Source: Eledone cirrhosa (taxonomy: Eukaryota). Taken from it: 64,000 nt of DNA. Below, piece after piece: positions 37,466 through 50,879 of the stretch. Location: positions 277,140,001-277,204,000 of the forward strand of contig OZ024741.1 in the NCBI GenBank assembly GCA_964016885.1. Reading direction: 5' to 3'. The notes under the pieces were generated by a model, which was not told where the DNA came from, ran no database searches, and saw nothing but the letters and a program-made list of their open reading frames with translations. Both the position numbers and the translations under genes were made by a program. The stretch's first letter is position 1. Each line of letters begins with the position of its first letter.

Positions 37466-37880
37466 ATATATATATATATAAAGAAATAGGATTTTGCTTC
37501 AAGCAGAGCTTTATACAATTTGTATAAATATTTCGAGAAATACGGTTTTAGGAAGCCGTAGCTGTGCAAACACCAGGGGGTTAACGACTTCTGGTGATGT
37601 CCATCAGAAGCAAGGGGGACAACCGTCTATGCATTTCAGGCTTAACTGGCCATCGTCAGGACGGTCCCTCCCACCGCTTGCGACTTGTGGACTAGAAGAC
37701 AGGCGAGAATATATAGTTTTCTCGTCTGTGTAAATGAGGTGATTAATCTCATTTGCATATGAAGCTGCATAAGTTGGCTCAACTTATAATAAAATATATA
37801 TATATATATATATATATATAAGTGTGTGTGTGTGTGTGTGTGTGTGTTTGTGTGTGCGTGTGTGTGTATGTGTGTGTGTG

Positions 37881-37917
<37 letters not shown>

Positions 37918-37995
37918 GCACACATACACACATACATACATACATACATACATACATACATACATACATACATACATACATACATACATACATAC

Positions 37996-38340
37996 ATGGT
38001 GGCTGCCAACTCGTTTTCGAGTACGGCCACTACTTTATATCCATGTAGGAGAACCCCTACCAATGCGCTGAACGAGTGTGACTTTTTAGTCCAGCCAGCG
38101 ACTTGAAAACTCTGGTACAAACACTACACTTGTGACAATTACTGACACATAGTGCTGGGCCCATGGTACCATGTGACGACAAGTGCAGAGAGATCTCCAG
38201 ATATAAAGCAATACCTGTGCCGTGAAGCTTTTATAGTGAGCAAAGGCACTGCACAAAGCCAGTCCCACTCTCTTAACCAAGATGATATTTACCAAAAAGA
38301 AGAACAAGTCAACATCATTGGATACCATCAGGGTTGCAGG
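37996..38340 (-). mobile_element. RTE LINE 3' fragment with (TATG)n tail
   Basis: CSVCTRVFKSLAGLKSHTRSAH C2H2 finger; GGCCGTACTCGAAAACGAGTTGGCAGCCACC tail. Confidence 0.7.
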
Positions 38341-39002
38341 TGTTATATCAGAGTTTTCCTTCTCCTAGAATTCTGCCTTGACAAAGGCTAAGGGGTCATC
38401 TCTCCCGGTGATTTTGGATGGCCATTGACTCTTAAGAGCTCCTTTGCCCTTTGACAGGTTTTGTTTTTAGTCCTGCAGGATGTCCAAAGTCACCCTCCTC
38501 ACCAAAAAACCTTGGTTTGGTTGCCAGTTTAGTCGCCAACGACCCGACCATGAGACAGGTTGTACTGGGATACATGTTACCAGTAGCACCAACTGGTGAC
38601 CTGACATACATACATACATACATACATACATACATACATACATACATACATACATACATACATACATACATACATACATACATACATACATACATGGCAT
38701 TATGCTCTCGCAAAGAAAATGTAGAGAAAAAACGACCCTACGGCTGAAGAGAGAAAAAAATCGATTCTAATTAAATGTTCCACCATTTCCTAATGGCACC
38801 AAACCAACTTTTAACATCCGTCTTTGTCCAACTGTTGCCATAGACACTAGTATAACATGTGTTTCTTTATTTATTTATGTACTTTTATAATTTGGTTTTG
38901 CTTTTTTGTGTGTATCAATTTATATTCTTTTGCTTGTTTTTTTTTCTCATACAAATACACCCATACACATACACACGCACATATATATGTGTGTATATAC
39001 TT

Positions 39003-39067
<65 letters not shown>

Positions 39068-39127
39068 ACTAAACACACATACAAACACACACCAACACAC
39101 ACTCATACACACACATATATATACATG

Positions 39128-39190
<63 letters not shown>

Positions 39191-39639
39191 TTTTTTTTTT
39201 TTTTTTCCTGTGTGTCATATCTAAAACGTCGAAGAAAAATAAAACAAACCCAATGCATGCGTGCGTTTCATATAAAAAAAATCTTCTGCAACATTGTTGA
39301 GGTAATGCAGCGACACCAGTTCTGCATTCCATTGCAAGCCCCCCTTCTTTTTGCCCAATTTCAAAGGACTTGACGAAGGAAAGAAATGGAGAAATATATA
39401 TTTCCATCAACACATGATCTTTTATCTACATATTTCCCTGTTTGGGTTTATTTTGGGGGTCTTTTTTTTATTTTATTTTATTTTCGACTGTCTTCTATCT
39501 CTCTCCAACATCCACTTTTCTCTTTCACACTATATCTGTTGAAGGACTACCGTCCGAAACGTTTAGATTTTCTCCCAATTATGCATGCATGCCTGGTCCC
39601 ATAACTTCTGATGGAGTCCTAGAGGCGCCGTATTGACAT

Positions 39640-40100
39640 ACGCCCTTTCTAGGGCAGTACTGAACTGGTATATTTTTTATCGACCTCAAATGAAAGAAAG
39701 GCTAAGTTAACTTCAGTATTCTAACGACTGTGCCAATTCGCCACTTTTTCCCTACTATATACGATATGATAATCCTGTAGTTCCAGTTGGAGTCGTAAGG
39801 GCGCCGTATACGGCGTTTCTTGGTCGTTTTAAAACCTGGCGAAAGCCTTCCCCTCTCTAGGTCTGAATACAGCAGATTTTATTCAGAGAAGGTTAGAGAG
39901 AGTGAGAGAGAAGGGAAGTGAAAAAGTGATATAGAGAAAGAACAACCCCAGTACTTGACTAGTACTTTTATAACGACTTCGAAGAGATGAAAGACAAAGT
40001 TAACCTTGGCGGGATTTGAACTGAGAGACCAGAGAGCCAGAGAGGATAGTGCAAATCACCCTATCCGACGTTCTCACAACTTTGCCAACTCACTGCCACT
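39640..40100 (-). mobile_element. Two degenerate Meta-like SINE remnants
   Basis: Reverse complement of the 8.8-9.5 kb SINE core (GTACT..ACTGGTA..TTTTATCGAC..GAAAG..AAGTTAAC). Confidence 0.55.
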
Positions 40101-40199
40101 TCCCAAACGTTATACCAAACGTTAAACTTAATATACCATTGTTATATTGAGTTCCAGTATTATTTCTTACTTATTGGACCACCGTCGTTTCCGACGAGG

Positions 40200-40433
40200 A
40201 GTGCTAAGGGTGATTCAATCAACCACATCGTGAAATTAACGTGCGTTCGACAGTCAGGTGCGCCCTTAACATAGGTCTCAGGGGGATTCAGCATGACACA
40301 GTGAATTATAGATAATACAACTGCAGCAACGTGAATAAATTACCTTGCTCAAAGACACAATGCGCCGAGCCAGGGAATCGAACACACGACCTTACGATAG
40401 TGAGCCCAGCACTCCAACCACTTAGCCACAGGC
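40200..40433 (-). mobile_element. tRNA-derived SINE
   Basis: Minus: GGCCTGTGGCTAAGTGGTTGGAGTGCTGGGCTCACTATCGTAAGGTCGTGTGTTCGATTCCC then CTTTGAGCAAGG. Confidence 0.75.
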
Positions 40434-40512
40434 CTTTATTCTTTCTACATATATACATACACATGCATTCGCACACGCACACACACATCTCTCTCTCCCT
40501 CTCTCTCTCTCT

Positions 40513-40548
<36 letters not shown>

Positions 40549-40974
40549 TGTTGGACTCAAGATCATAAGATCATGAGTTCAATTTATGAATTGCACGGCA
40601 TGTTGTGTTGTTGAGTAAGACACTTTATAAAGGTTTTTCTTTTCATGATAAGACTGAAGCTCCTGTCATCATTAAAACAGCCAAAAGAACTCCTACGAGA
40701 CGCAACCTCGGAGCAGGCCAGCTAAGTCTACATAGGTGTGAGCTGTAAATTTCAATTTTTTTTTTTCACTTCAATTTTCATGGGCATTGAGACTAGTTTG
40801 AGTTACAGAAAAAAAGATAACGAAATGTAAACAAAGCATAGAGATTGACAGTTAAGGGAAACTGAAATAAGATATTTCCATCAAAATCGCCATCACTAAC
40901 ACCATTACTAACCCTTGAGCATATATATGTATATTGAATACATAGGTGATTGTAATATATATATATATCGTTTA

Positions 40975-41355
40975 GTAAGGTACTCAATACATGAACTCTA
41001 TAGATAATAAACACAACCACAAGGATATGGTCCGAACGTGGAAGAGCCGAACTCCCACTGTCATCGTCTCCATCTCTCTCGCCCTCCCCATCTCTCTGGA
41101 TGGTGGGCAAATGGGGTCCCATGTGCTGGCCTCCTCGAAGCCCCGGTGGACAGAATGGAAAAGGCGTTTCCCCGGAGGATGGTAAGGGAGATGCGCTGGA
41201 AGAACCATTCCAACTCGCGAGGCTCGCACCTGCGGCTGGTCAGCTCAGCGCCTATGGTGGTGAGTATGGAGGTAGCCCTAGGGCCAAGGACACCAGAAGT
41301 CTCCACTGCCAAGGGCACGACCGCAAACCTGTCGGAGAGCGACCGGTACTTTATC
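40975..41355 (-). mobile_element. CRE-clade non-LTR retrotransposon 3' end
   Basis: KYRSL..FAVVPLAVETSGVLGP..RELEWFFQRISLTILRGNA, the C-terminus of a restriction-like nuclease domain. Confidence 0.8.
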
Positions 41356-41359
41356 ACAA

Positions 41360-42666
41360 CAATTACTAATACTACAACTACTCCCTACGTCACGAATAAT
41401 CTCCACCACCACCACCAACACAAGCACTACCAATACCAACATTACTACCACGACTAACAACACCACTACCTACACCACTAATCCCCACCACTCCACTACC
41501 AACACAACCCTACCAATACCAAGTCAGTCACCACCACAACCAACACCACTACTACCACCACCACCATCACTGAGAACAACAACACCACCACAAGGAACAC
41601 CACTACCAACACCAGGTACAACAATACCAACTTAACCAATACGACCACCATCCCCACCAACACCACAACCATCATCAAAATCACTCCCCACCATCACCAC
41701 CACCACCACCATTACTGCAATGACCTCCACCATCAGCACCATCAGCACCACCACACCATCACCAAAATCACCTCCACCATCACCACCATCACCACCACCA
41801 CCATCACCAAAATCACCTCCACCATCACCACCATCACCACCACCATCACCAAAATCAACTCCACCATCACCACCACCACCAAAATCACGTCCACCATCAC
41901 CACCACCATCACCACCACCACCACCACCATCACCAAAATCACCTCCACCATCACCACCATCAGCACCACCATCACCAAAATCACCTCCACCATCACCACC
42001 ACCATCACTAAAATCACCTCCAGCATCACCACCACCACCATCACCAAAATCTCCTCCACCATAACCACCATTACCACCACCACTATCACCGCAATGACCT
42101 TCACCATTACCACCATCACCACCACCACCACCATCACCAAAATCACCTCCACCATCACCACCATCACAACCAGCACCAAAATCACCTCCACCATCACCAA
42201 AATCACATCCACCATCACCACCACCACCACCATCACCACAATCACCTCCACCATCACCACCACCACCACCACCACTACCTCCACCACCACCACCATCACC
42301 ACCACCACCACCTCCACCATCACCACCACCACCACCTCCACCATCACCACCATCACCACCACCACCACCACCACCACCTCCACCACCACCACCATCACCA
42401 CAATCACCTCCACCACCACCACCACCTCCACCACCACCACCACCACCACCACCACCACCACCACCACCACCACCATCACCACAATCACCTCCACCATCAC
42501 CACCACCACCACCACCACCTCCACCACCACCACCATCACCACCACCACCACCTCCACCATCACCACCATCACCACCACCACCACCACCACCACCTCCACC
42601 ACCACCACCATCACCACAATCACCTCCACCACCACCACCACCACCACCTCCACCACCACCACCACC

Positions 42667-42697
<31 letters not shown>

Positions 42698-42765
42698 CCA
42701 CCTCCACCATCACCACCACCACCACCACCACCTCCACCACCACCACCTCCACCACCACCACCACC

Positions 42766-42796
<31 letters not shown>

Positions 42797-42888
42797 CCAC
42801 CTCCACCATCACCACCATCACCACCTCCACCATCACCACCATCACCACCACCAGCACCACCACCACCACCACCTCCACCACCACCACC

Positions 42889-42919
<31 letters not shown>

Positions 42920-43242
42920 CCACCACCTCCACCATCACCACCATCACCACCTCCACCATCACCACCATCACCACCACCAGCACCACCACCACCACCACCA
43001 TCACCACAATCACCTCCACCACCACCACCACCACCACCTCCACCACCACCACCACCACCATCACCACTACCACCACCACCACCACCACCACCACCACCAC
43101 CACCTCCACCATCACCACCACCACCACCACCACCACCACCATCACCACCACCACCACCTCCACCATCACCACCATCACCACCACCATCACCACCACCACC
43201 ATCACCACCATCACCACCACCACCACCACCACCATCACCACC

Positions 43243-43273
<31 letters not shown>

Positions 43274-44760
43274 CCTCCACCATCACCACCACCACCACCA
43301 CCACCTCCACCATCACCACCATCACCACCACCACCACCACCATCACCTCCACCACCATCACCACCATCACCACCACCACCACCTCCACCACCACCACCAT
43401 CACCACCATCACCACCATCACCACTACCACCACCACCACCACCACCACCATCACCACCACCACCATCACCACCATCACCACCATCACCACCACCACCACC
43501 ACCATCACCTCCACCACCACCGCCATCACTACAACCACCTCCACAACAGTACAAAAGCAAGCCCCAATAATATAAAGCTACCGCCATCAACACTTCTACC
43601 AACACCAGAACCAACACAGATAATAAAAGCGCCTTCATAACAGATATCAACCACCACCACAACCACCACCACAACCACCACCACAACCACCACAACCACC
43701 ACCGCCATCACTACCATAACTACCACGACCACTACCATAACATCAGCCACCATAACAACCACCACCATCGCCACCATAACAGCCACCACCACAACCACCA
43801 CAACAACCACCACAACAACCACCATAACAATCACTACCACCATCACCACAACCACCTCCACCATTACCACCATAACGACCACCACAACCACCACAATAAC
43901 CATCACCACAATCACCTCCATCATCAAAATCACCACCACCACCACAACCACTACCATCACCACTATAACAACTACCACAACCACCACCAACACCACGACC
44001 ATTATTGCCTCAACCACCACCACAACCACCACCATCATTGCCACAACCACCACCACAGCCACCACAACCGCTACCACAAACGCCATCATCACCACAACCA
44101 CCACCTCAACCAACACACTACCACCACCACCACCCCACCACCACCACAGCCACCACAACCACTACCACAGCCACCACAACCACTACCACAATCACCACCA
44201 CCACCACCACCACAAACACCATCATCACCACAACCACCACCACCACAACCAACACACTACCACCACTACCACCACCACCACAGCCACCACAACCACTACC
44301 ACAGCCACCACAACCAACACACTACCACCACTACCACCACCATCACAGCCACCACAACCACTACCACAGCCACCACAACCACTACCACAGCCACCACAAC
44401 CACTACCACAATCACCACCACAAACACCACCACAAACACCATCATCACCACAACCACCACCACCACAACCAACACACTACCACCACTACCACCACCACCA
44501 CAGCCACCACAACCACTACCACAGCCACCACAACCACTACCACAATCACCACCACTACCACCACCACAGCCACCATAACCACTACCACAGCCACCACAAC
44601 CACTACCACAGCCACCACAACCACTACCACAATCACCACCACAGCCACCACAACCACTACCACAATCACCACCACCACCACCACCACCACCACCACCACA
44701 AACACCATCATCACCACCACCACCGCCACCAATACAACCACCACCATCATCGCTATCATC
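41360..44760. repeat. 3.4-kb (ACC)-derived low-complexity array
   Basis: ACC/ATC/TCC/ACA triplets with local higher-order units. Confidence 0.95.
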
Positions 44761-45057
44761 AAAGCATTATCGATTTTTTTTTTTTTTTTTTTTTGTGATG
44801 GGCTGCTTGCTGTTTGGGTATTGACGGGGGGTGGAGAAGATACGTTACTACAACGATACTGCTACTGTTGATGCTGCTGCTGTTGCTGTTGCTGCTATTG
44901 CTACTGTTGCTGTTAATGATGATGACGATGATGATGATGATGTGCTTGTGTATGCACATCTCTTGCACGTTAACTACCACAGCGACACCAGTTACATCCA
45001 ACTTGTTGGTTAGCGCAGTAGCTAGAATGCAGTTTTTTTGTCACAATAGTAGTATAT

Positions 45058-45109
<52 letters not shown>

Positions 45110-45113
<4 letters not shown>

Positions 45114-45300
45114 AACAAGTAAGACCCCGACGGCTGAGCTCAAGCCGTTTCGACGGCTAATTCTGGACTGGAATTAGCCGTCGAAACGGCTTGAGCTCAG
45201 CCGTCGGGGTCTTACTTGTTCCTATTACCCACTCTACTACCCTAAGTATTGAGTACTTTGGTGCGTTATGGTCCACCTGGTTCCTTACCCACTTCCTTCG

Positions 45301-45302
<2 letters not shown>
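45110..45302. mobile_element. Fold-back element family A copy 3 (opposite orientation); extra end fragment at 45984-46023
   Basis: Hairpin 45110-45224 plus unique arm; homologous to the 1880 and 6655 copies. Confidence 0.8.
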
Positions 45303-45367
<65 letters not shown>

Positions 45368-45447
45368 TGTATATATATATATCATCATCATCATCATCGT
45401 TTAACGTCCATTTTCCACGCTAGCATGGGTCTGGAATATATATATAT

Positions 45448-45838
<391 letters not shown>

Positions 45839-45900
45839 ATATATACTACTATTGTGACAAAAAAACTGCATTCTAGCTACTGCGCTAACCAACAAGTTGG

Positions 45901-45981
<81 letters not shown>

Positions 45982-46108
45982 CATAACGAAGGAAATGTGG
46001 TAAGGAACCAGGTAGACCATAACATATATATATACATATATATATATTATATTGTATTATATCATACCTCAATCAGGTTACAACTGTTGCAACTATTGCT
46101 GCTGTCTA

Positions 46109-46163
<55 letters not shown>

Positions 46164-46384
46164 TGTTGTTGTTGTTGTTGTTGTTGTTTTTGTTGTTCTT
46201 TCAGCCCCAGCTCAAACCTGGTCGAACAAACCTGTTATGGTAAAAAAAAAGTCATGCAATCAAAGAAACAACACGGAAAACAATGTTGTACTCAGCTACC
46301 AACGCGGTTCCGATAAATGTGGCAGGACCGGATTTATATTTATATTTATATTTATATTTATATTTATATTTATATTTATATTCA

Positions 46385-46945
46385 CATAAGGATTGTAGCG
46401 TCTTCACAGACGATTGCCGTCTCTTCATTGTTATCCCATCCGCGTCCATGACTTCGTACGCGACTTTATAGTCCAACTGTATATCTGCATGGTTTACGGC
46501 ACAAGTTACAGAAGAGAGTTGTGCTTTTCACAGGACCGGTGGGTTCACCCTGTGAAACACAATCTGTATGCACCACCATGTGTTTTTTTAGTCCGGAACT
46601 AATTCTACACACTTTGTTACATTTTACGCACGTTATTTCGCCTGGTCTTTGTTGAGTGATGTTGTGGATAGTTATCCTTTCATGTGACTTCTGGTGATTA
46701 ACATAACCAGCCTTTGAGAGGAGTACATAATGACAGAAATTGCATGTCCAACTACTGATGACTTCATCAAGACTGTGAGCACAACCATTCCGGAGCTGTC
46801 TATGTTCTAGACGACATTCCTCAAAAGTTTTACAACTGCCCTTTATGCGCTTTCTCTACTAAGCCCTAATTAGAGCTATCTTCTCCCAGTTGTCTATATC
46901 AAATGCCAGCTCTTTGAGGCTGTTCTTTAAGCTGTCCTTGTACCT
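46385..46945 (-). mobile_element. RTE LINE 3' fragment with (TATAAA)n tail
   Basis: RYKDSLKNSLKELAFDIDNWEKIALIR; 3' end GGCAATCGTCTGTGAAGACGCTACAATCC. Confidence 0.7.
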
Positions 46946-47008
46946 CATTATCGAGTATGGCCATTGCACGATTAAAAAAACAAAAAAACAACACATATAT
47001 ATTAATAA

Positions 47009-48705
47009 CACCGTGTAACATATGTTTTGTTCCCCGGTTCTAAGTGTCATTTCCTGGTTTATTATATCCCATTATTATTTAAAAAAACACTATTATTTAA
47101 TCAAAAGTTTGGGTTTTGGTCATGAGTTTGATATTTCAAAATTTTCATATTTTTCAAGAAAAAACACATTTTTTTTAAATTTATCAGTTCATATAATTAA
47201 ATCAACAGAGTATATATTTATTTTATTACACAAGCTTATCAAAAGCAAACAAGTAAATAACACTTATAAAGCAACTTATACACGTCAGAAATGACTGGAT
47301 TTCCTGGATTTGCGGTTGTAGTCCAGGTCGCATTCCCGCACTAGTCCCCAGATATAGTCGCCCATCATTTTTTCATTGTAGTGGCCCTGGTACCTCCGCT
47401 CTATCTCTTTCACATCTTGGTGGAATCGTTTGCCTTGTTCTTCTGAGTAGGCGCCCATATTGTCCTTGAATTTTTCCAGGTGAGTGTCCAGCATATGGAG
47501 TTTAAGCGACATCCTGCATCCCCTGGCGCCAAAAGCCTTTATCAGATCCTGCACCAGTTGCTGGTAGTTTTCAGCTCTGTAGTTCGCCAGGAATCCCTTA
47601 ACAACTGCCTTGAAACAGTTCCATGCTGTTCTCTCAATCATATTGAGCTTATTGGAAAACTCGGTAGATTCAAACACCTTCTTTATCTGAGGTTCAACAA
47701 AAATTCCACCTTTGATTTTGGCCTCAGATAACTTGGGGAAGAACTCAAGAAGGTACTTAAAAGCGGCTGAGTCTTGGTTGAGAACCTTCACAAACTGCTT
47801 TATCAACCCCAACTTAATGTGCAGTGGCGGCATGAGCACAATCCTGAGATCAACCAGTGGCTCCCACATGACGTTCCGGGTCCCAACTAGAAATTCTGTT
47901 CGCTGCTCCCAGTTCTTTCTTTTGTAGTGGTCAGAGGTGGCTACGTTGTCCCAAAGGCAGAGGAAGCATTGGAATTTGATAAAGCCTCCTTGGAGTCCAA
48001 GCAGGAAAGCCACCATCTTGAAGTCTCCAATGATTTCCCAATTGTACTGGTTGTATTGCAGAGCTTCCAAGAGGACTTTCACACTGTAGTAATCTTCCTT
48101 CAGACAGACTGAATGAGCTAGGGGCAGTGTCGGGAACTTGTTTCCATTGTGGCGGAGGACAGCCTTCAAACTTGTGGTGGAGCTGTCTATAAACAGCCGC
48201 CACTCCTTTGGCACACACGGCACCCCAATAACGTCAAACAGTCCAGGCACGTAATGGCAGAAGCAGAGGCCATCTCTAAGAGTGTCACCTGCACTTCCTC
48301 CTTGACCAAGTTTCACTGCTTCATCCTGGAGACGAATGCTTAAAACGCAACTTACGCTTTATTCAGGGTGCGAAAATCCAGTATCAATAAATCTCTTTAA
48401 TCCACTTTTTAACAATTTTATACTTTATTGCACTTTTATAATTTTCTTTAGGTATTACTCTTTATTTTATAATTTTAATTTAACCTGAAACATATATAAA
48501 AAAAATCATTTAACATAAGCAAATTAAACTTACATACAACGTAAAATCCAGCATACAAATAATTCTAGTGAATAGAATTTTTACAAACCCAAACGTTTAA
48601 CTGTTTAATAGCACTTTTTTTATTTATTTGGGACCTAAGCAACACAAAAAAGTGATTACAAGCCAGGTACAGAGAAACAAATTTTATTTTTTTTGTTACA
48701 CGATG
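47009..48705 (-). mobile_element. Chapaev3-like (CMC superfamily) DNA transposon, internally deleted
   Basis: Termini CACCGTGTAACA / TGTTACACGATG with TAA on both sides; transposase ORF inside. Confidence 0.7.
47285..48316 (-). CDS. Transposase catalytic region (Chapaev3-like), N-terminally incomplete
   Basis: WRLFIDSS..LKAVL.HNGN, GDFKMV, CFLCLWD, PPLHIKLGL, SEEQGKRFHQD..RYQG..MMGDYIW. Confidence 0.8.
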   Translation of the reverse strand: MKLGQGGSAGDTLRDGLCFCHYVPGLFDVIGVPCVPKEWRLFIDSSTTSLKAVLRHNGNKFPTLPLAHSVCLKEDYYSVKVLLEALQYNQYNWEIIGDFKMVAFLLGLQGGFIKFQCFLCLWDNVATSDHYKRKNWEQRTEFLVGTRNVMWEPLVDLRIVLMPPLHIKLGLIKQFVKVLNQDSAAFKYLLEFFPKLSEAKIKGGIFVEPQIKKVFESTEFSNKLNMIERTAWNCFKAVVKGFLANYRAENYQQLVQDLIKAFGARGCRMSLKLHMLDTHLEKFKDNMGAYSEEQGKRFHQDVKEIERRYQGHYNEKMMGDYIWGLVRECDLDYNRKSRKSSHF

Positions 48706-49262
48706 TAATTAACGGTGCTGCGATCGAATGTGGCTTTTTAGCCCAGCCAATGATCTAAAATGTCTTGCACAGTGTTAGCAACCATGATAAAAAACATTCA
48801 CTACCAATAGCTGGCTGTGGTTGGTCTTCATGTACTTTTGCATGTCGTTTGAACCCTCCTGCTGACACATGCTTGACAGGTATGATGAGTAGCATCTCCG
48901 ACAGCAGCCTGGTAGTCAACCACTGGTCTCACTTTATGACTGTGAAGATGACTTTCGAGTCCAGCTTTGCTTAGGCAGAGTCTTGCACAGGGGCTGCATG
49001 TCAGCGGACATTCGCTGCCTGGAAATGCAACAGTAATGCCCTTCCTCACATCCCTCTTTACGTTCTCGTATGCGATTCGAGATACCTCAAAGGCAACTTT
49101 CCCCTCATATACAGTCTTTCTCCATTTACTACGATCAGCAGCTACGCTTTCCCATGTATCAGCAGAGATGTTAACGTCTTTCAAAGAGGCTTTCAACGAA
49201 TCCTTATACTTCTTTTTTGGTTTATGTGGAGGTCGTTTTCTTTTAACTAACTCCCCATAAAA
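48706..49262 (-). mobile_element. RTE LINE 3' fragment; its 3' UTR appears to resume at about 46945-47008 beyond the DNA transposon
   Basis: FYGELVKRKRP..YKDSLKASLK..WESVAADRSKWR..CSPCARLCLSKAGLESHLHSH; GCAATGGCCATACTCGATAA at ~46950-46968 (minus). Confidence 0.8.
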
Positions 49263-49416
49263 GATACATACATACATACATACATACATACATACATACA
49301 TACATACATACATACATACATACATACATACGCATACACACACAGATACACACACACAGACACACAGACATAGACACAAACACAGACACACACACAGACA
49401 CACAGACACACACACA

Positions 49417-49493
<77 letters not shown>

Positions 49494-49517
49494 ATAGAGG
49501 TGTAACACACGAGTTAT

Positions 49518-50049
49518 GATATATTGGTAAAAGGAAAAGAAAATGCTGACAAATTGTTCCCAGTGAAAAATAGTTTCATTAGGAATAAGTAAAAATTAGT
49601 AATAGTATTGGTTAGTATTCAGTTTTGGTTTTAAGTTTTTACCGGTTGCGCATTTCTAATGCTTTTCAAAAATAATTTTGAGATAAAGCGCCCGTGATGT
49701 TTGCTCTAATCTGATTAGTTTTTTAAATTCTACCTTTTTTATGTGAAAAAAGTGGCTCCAGATGTATTAAAATAAGTTTCGCGTCAATTCGTGTTGCAAA
49801 AATTATTGTGGTCAAAACAATTTTGATTGGTTGGTAGAGGTCATGTGAATGTTAAAAATTGATTTTGCGCCAAATGTAGGTTTGTCTCGGCTGATTGAGA
49901 AGCCACTGAAAAATAAGTCTTTCAAGACAAATGTGTGTGTGTGTGTGTAGTAGTAGTAGTAAAGAGGTTCATTGTTGTGATAATGGTCAGTAGGGATGTG
50001 TGTGAATTGCAGTTTGTTGACAGGTCAACAGTTCAGATGCCTATTAAGA

Positions 50050-50102
<53 letters not shown>

Positions 50103-50702
50103 CAGAGTAATTCGTGGTAGAGGGATCGGTCAGTAGGAATGTGTCTGTACGTGTGTGGGGGATATTTTAACATGTTAAAAGATATTTTTCAGCTCTTGTC
50201 TTATACGGAGAAGTGTGTGTGTGTGTGTATGTCTCTTTGTATGTTAGTGTACGCGTGTGTATGTGTGTGTGTATATATGTGTGTGTGTGTGTGTATGTGT
50301 GTATGTGTGTGTGTGTGGGGGTGGACCAGTATTTTTGTGATACTGGTAAAAATGGTGTACATTATTCGATATTTTCAGTTAAAACGATTCTCTCAATAGA
50401 ACATCAAAAACCTTAATAATAAAAGGTGTGAAGTGATATATAGTATTGGCATAACACCAATCAAAATTGTTTTGACCACAAGAATTTTTGCAACACGAAT
50501 TGGCGCGAAACTTATTTTAATACATCTGGAGCCACTTTTTTCACATAAAAAGGTAGAATTTCCAAAACTAATCAGATTAGAGCAAACATCACGGGCGCTC
50601 TATCTCAAAATTATTTTTGAAAAGTATTAGAAATGCGCAACCGGTAAAAATATTTTTCACTGGGAACAATTTGTCAGCATTTTCTTTTCCTTTTACCAAT
50701 AT
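49518..50702. mobile_element. Long inverted repeat pair (about 49518-49832 and 50456-50702), probable PLE end with inverted pLTR
   Basis: ~250 bp reverse-complement match with an internal deletion in the right arm; hammerhead-like TTGAAAA-GYATtagaaATGC-GCAA-CCGG-TA in both arms. Confidence 0.7.
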
Positions 50703-50879
50703 ATATATATATATATATATATATACCGTTTTTAAATTTGTTTTGAAAGATTTGTCATCTGAAAACATGTGTTGAAACAGATATTGTTATACAAGTATGT
50801 GAATTTTGTATATCTAAAGATATATGGTATTTTTAATAAATAAACATTTTGAAAGCCTAGCTATGAATATTAAAAGGCT

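Noticed and set aside
38395-38605. HDV-like or twister ribozyme in the putative RTE 5' UTR
   Set aside because: I could not assemble the required nested pseudoknot or catalytic residues by eye; needs an Infernal search
39530-39570. Hammerhead-like motifs at 39535-39570 (+), 52708-52742 (-) and ~36550-36575 (-)
   Set aside because: Cores deviate without compensation; probably decayed PLE ends, not called as ribozymes
40370-40433. tRNA gene
   Set aside because: A/B boxes run straight into a SINE body and there is no complete cloverleaf
41632-43695. 687-aa Gly-rich and overlapping poly-Val/poly-Thr ORFs
   Set aside because: Triplet repeats lack stops in several frames on both strands; no domain or splice evidence
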